43,604 nt of DNA from Monocercomonoides exilis PA203 (Eukaryota; Protista; Preaxostyla). The notes under the pieces are model-generated. The model had not been told where the DNA came from. It did not search any database and saw nothing but the letters and a program-made list of their open reading frames with translations. The stretch lies in the NCBI GenBank assembly GCA_001643675.2, contig LSRY02000084.1, positions 1 through 43,604 on the forward strand, read 5' to 3'. Positions 40,136 to 43,604 of this stretch are shown piece by piece. Position numbers and translations under genes: made by a program. How positions within the stretch are numbered: position 1 is the first letter of the stretch; every line of letters begins with the position of its first letter.

Positions 40136-41966
40136 TTAAAAATGTTATTATGGGTTGTAATATTTTTAGTGTAATAATAATGAACAATTCCTGATAAATG
40201 AATACTTTAACAATTCATAAAAACTTTTAAATAAAAAAACTCAATAATTCATTTATCTATATAATAACAGTTTTTCTTTATTTCATTGGATTAATTTTTA
40301 TAAAAAAGTTCAATCAAAAGATTATGCAATTTGAAATAAATAAAGTTAATGGAAATGTGAATAAATAATATATGTCGCAATTCTGATGATTTTCGTCATT
40401 ATAATGCTTGTCAATTTTTGGTTAAATCAATTGAAATCTATGATTTAAATGAACTCGGTTCTTGAAAATATGAATATTTCAATATTACAAATATTTGATT
40501 TCGTAAATGAAAATCAATAATGAAATTATCAATTATTATTTACAATATTACAAAAATTTATTTTACAACCCGAAGGAATAAATTAATTAAATAACTATCG
40601 GATGAATTATGATATTTATTATTAATTGTGTTCTTTAAAATAATCCATTTTCTCACTCAATATTTCGTTCAAAATATAAAAGAAGCTTTTCTGACAAAAA
40701 ATAGACTTGTTAATCTCACTTGATTGCTTTTAATCGATTTTTTTCGTGCACTTTGCAAATAAATAAATATTTATTAAAATAATAAGTTTATTTCCATTCA
40801 AAAATTTTTCCAATGTTTTTCAATATCCCACCAAATATCAGAGATTTCGAAAAACAAATAATTTTTCCGTTGTTTACAATTAATGTCCTTCCTTTTCAAG
40901 TACACAGAAATTTTTCCAGAATTTTTTTATTTTTGTCATTTTTAACTTTTTCCATAGACTTTCAAATAGAAGAAAAATTGATTTTCTTTTAATTTTATTC
41001 TTAATTCTCACAAATCAAGATATCGTTTGAAAAAGTTCAAAGCAGCATGAAATAATCAAATTCACTATGTTTTCAACAATAAACATTATTATATCGATTT
41101 TTTACGAAAATTCAAAAAATACATTTATTCTAATAATTTCAGTCAAAGATATTATTCTTCAATATCTCAACGAATATGAGACAGATAAATTCTTTGATCT
41201 CATTGCTTTAACATTTATCTCATTGGCAGGCAATTGTTGCATTTATAGTTTCATTTATTAATCAATTATTTTCAAACAATTATTCAACTAGGTTATGTTT
41301 TCAGTCACTTTTCATATTGAAAAATGAGAATTCATATATTAATTTTTTTCGATATTCATTTGTTAAATCTATATGTCTTTAACATATATTACAGGCAAGG
41401 ATATATGCTGCATTAATGATTTTTCCTCCGCACAAATATAAATATTTACAAAATTATGTAAACTGAAGTATTTTTTCATAGAAATCATACATAGACAAAT
41501 TTTATGAAAAATCGAAAAATTCCATAAAAAATTTCCGAGTTTTCAGATAAAAAGTGATATTCGTTAATAACATGCAACGATATATTAGTACATATGGAAT
41601 TGGAGATATCATTCAAATAGTCATAAAAGAGGATTTTTTGCAAATTTGGAAAAAACACCAAAAATCGAAATTTTTGTTTTCGCAATAACTCGACAAATAA
41701 TGGTCATAACGAAATTCTGTTTCATGTGCAGTTAATCACATGACATATGTGAATATTTGATCACATCAAAATCGTTGTTAATCTCATTTTTAGAAATGTC
41801 ATTTTTCGACATGATACTAAAAGGTCACTTTTCGGATCAAAATTTTACAGAGATATGCAACAGATTCCAATAAATCATATTCCATACAAATAGCTACATG
41901 AGTGAATTAAACGTTCATAATGAAAATATTCTCCAACTCGATGCATAAAAGGGAAGAGTTGTAAAA

Positions 41967-42010
41967 CCTAACCCTAACCCTAACCTAACCCTAACCCTAA
42001 CCCTAACCTA
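41967..42010 (+). repeat. Interstitial telomeric tract (~8 units), same orientation as the terminal telomere
   Basis: CCTAA CCCTAA CCCTAA CCTAA CCCTAA CCCTAA CCCTAA CCTA, lying between the two recombinase genes. Confidence 0.96.
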
Positions 42011-42314
42011 GTTTAAATACAATTAAACTTCGTCTTGTGGAAACAACAAAATGATGTTATTTTGAAGTGAAAAAGAGTGCGAAGATTTTGTTTCTCCACT
42101 GTGAATGTTAATGCATCAAAGAAGAAATTGCAATAATTCAAAATAAAGAAAGATAAAATCAATTTCACAAACCTTGTTCATATGTGCAACATGGTGCATA
42201 TAAGAAGTTCTCACAAAAAGTTCATGATTAATCTCCAGCTTTCAAATTGCGTCCTTGCAAAAGATTGAATCATCACTTTGGCTGTCCACTTCTTTCATCA
42301 AACCACTATTGATA

Positions 42315-42427
42315 TCTCTTCTCTTCTTCTCTTTCTCTCTCATTCTCTCTCATTCTCTCTCATTCTCACTCTCACTAACTCTCACTCTCTCTCGCTGACT
42401 CTCTCTATTCTCTCTCTCTCTCTCTTT
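42315..42427. repeat. Degenerate (CT)n microsatellite with (CTCTCTCATT)x3
   Basis: Pyrimidine tract tctcttctcttcttctctttctctctcattctctctcattctctctcattctcactctcac...ctctctctctctctcttt, just downstream of YR-Myb copy 2. Confidence 0.85.
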
Positions 42428-42471
42428 GCAGATCTTCTTCGTTAACAGATTAATGATGTTCAACTATCGCA

Positions 42472-43604
42472 CTATTGCTTTGAACGAGATGTATTCCGCC
42501 TCAAGTTCATCAAGATGCCACTGCTTTCCTTTGCTTTCTCATTTGTCAATTGTTTAATAATGTTCCTTACACGGTCTCTACACGAGTTGGCTGATCTTAT
42601 TTTCAGTTTTTCTCCAATATCTGCAAATGATTTCCCATCCATCAATTCTTTTATCAAAATATCGTCTTCCATTCTCGTCCAATGAATTCTGGATTTGCAA
42701 TTTGTTATTGGATTTATTGTTCTTTCCTCTCTAAGTTTTTTTGGCTCAAAATCTTTAACATCCAATATGATCTTTCCATCAAGATAGTCATCTATTTGCG
42801 ATAGGAATTCGTTTGCAATATCAATTAAATCTCCGCCACTGGTTTTAACGAGTTGGAGAACATACTCTTTGCATGCTTGAATAGTGGTTTGAGTCTTTTT
42901 CTTTTTATATCATGTTCCTTCATAAACTTTGTCGCCGCCATTGAATGCAATTTGGATACATAAGAAGATGGATATCCAAGTTTCCAGCAGGCGAATTTTA
43001 TTACTTGCAAAATATAAAACCTTAAAGTGACTATTATACTGTCTATCTTCCATTCACTTTGGTTGATTTTCATATTATGGAAAACCTCCGGCTTTGATAG
43101 ATCAAAGTCATACGGATTATCGCTTTCCAGAACATCACTTGGAAAGTTTGTTCTGTTTGCAATGATTGTAGCTTTGGAAGTCCTATTGAGGTACTTCTCC
43201 TCAGTAGGACCTCCAAACTTCCATTTTGCTATTATAGAGGCAGTTTCCAGCACGCTTTCTCTTTTGTATGGGCTATCCCCTATTTTGAGCAAAGCTGAAC
43301 ACAGAAACGGAGCGAAAAGAATGGAATCCAAAAAGCTTCTCGGGATAGCCTGCCTGTTTTGCCCTCTTCTGTATCCTTACCCTCATGGCACCTTTGCGCA
43401 AGCCCCACACGTTCCCACCCCAAATCCTTTAGATTCCATTCATCAAATCGAGTTAACGAAAGGCCAAATTCTTGCACTAAGTATTGTTCAAACCACCATA
43501 TGAAATTCAAGCTGCTTTTTGAACAAATGTCCCCCTCAGGGTCACGCAATGGTCATCCATTCTAATGTTTTTGCCACACACCAAATTGAAAGTTATCTTA
43601 AGAA
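42472..43604 (-). CDS. Second tyrosine recombinase-Myb fusion (YR-Myb copy 2), 5' part beyond the window
   Basis: Joining ORFs 43280-43549, 42825-43331 and 42472-42765 plus the intervening frames gives HCVTLEGD...NFIWWFEQYL...WGLRKGAMRVRIQKRAKQAGYPEKLFGFHSFRS(G)FLCSA (HSFR at 43312-43323), IAKW (43221-43223) and EEKYL (Tyr, 43191-43193). It ends in a Myb repeat IHWTRMEDDILIKELMDGKSFADIGEKLKIRSANSCRDRVRNI (~42553-42690). Colinear with copy 1. Confidence 0.85.

Larger units (their letters stand above)
33108..41966 (-). mobile_element. Putative tyrosine-recombinase DNA element 1 (left boundary uncertain; may include the satellite out to the telomere junction at 2321)
   Basis: Contains YR-Myb copy 1. 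Bounded on the right by the interstitial telomere tract and on the left by the palindrome, satellite and telomere. No RT, RNase H or gag frame recognised. Boundaries are inferred, not demonstrated. Confidence 0.4.
42011..43604 (-). mobile_element. Putative tyrosine-recombinase element 2, telomere-proximal end
   Basis: YR-Myb copy 2 stops ~460 bp before the interstitial telomere tract, which the unique sequence abuts sharply (ccta|gtttaaatac). Confidence 0.4.

Noticed and set aside
41067-41685. Short ORFs 41067-41261 (+) and 41485-41685 (-)
   Set aside because: Short, I/F/N-rich, and expected by chance in very AT-rich DNA; no motif.
37403-41966. DIRS/TATE-type retrotransposon or prophage integrase
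   Set aside because: No RT (YxDD), RNase H, gag or phage genes were recognised around copy 1, and the Myb domain, NLS-like tracts and telomeric context are eukaryotic. The upstream part of copy 2 is outside the window and cannot be assessed.

Overview
This is a eukaryotic chromosome end read inward from the telomere. Pervasive homopolymer indels suggest an unpolished long read. Layout: (1) 1-2320, telomere tract of CCCTAA mixed with CCTAA (TTAGGG/TTAGG on the minus strand). (2) 2321-33120, a near-invariant ~352-bp subtelomeric satellite (87 full copies plus one partial) that ends on a 45-bp imperfect palindrome. (3) An AT-rich unique region containing a G-rich structured patch and a possible decayed gene. 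(4) A minus-strand gene (37403-40135) that, once the ORF fragments are joined across single-base frameshifts, encodes a tyrosine recombinase (R-K-H-R-W-Y catalytic set) fused to a C-terminal TRF/telobox-type Myb domain (DLKDRWRNL). (5) A 44-bp interstitial telomere tract (41967-42010). (6) The 3' part of a second, divergent tyrosine recombinase-Myb gene running off the window end. The main candidate novelty is a family of tyrosine-recombinase DNA elements with no visible reverse transcriptase that carry their own telomere-repeat-type Myb domain and are stacked head-to-tail at a chromosome end, separated by telomeric repeats. The many ORFs called inside the satellite are artefacts. Domain calls rest on motif recognition by eye; no database search was run.
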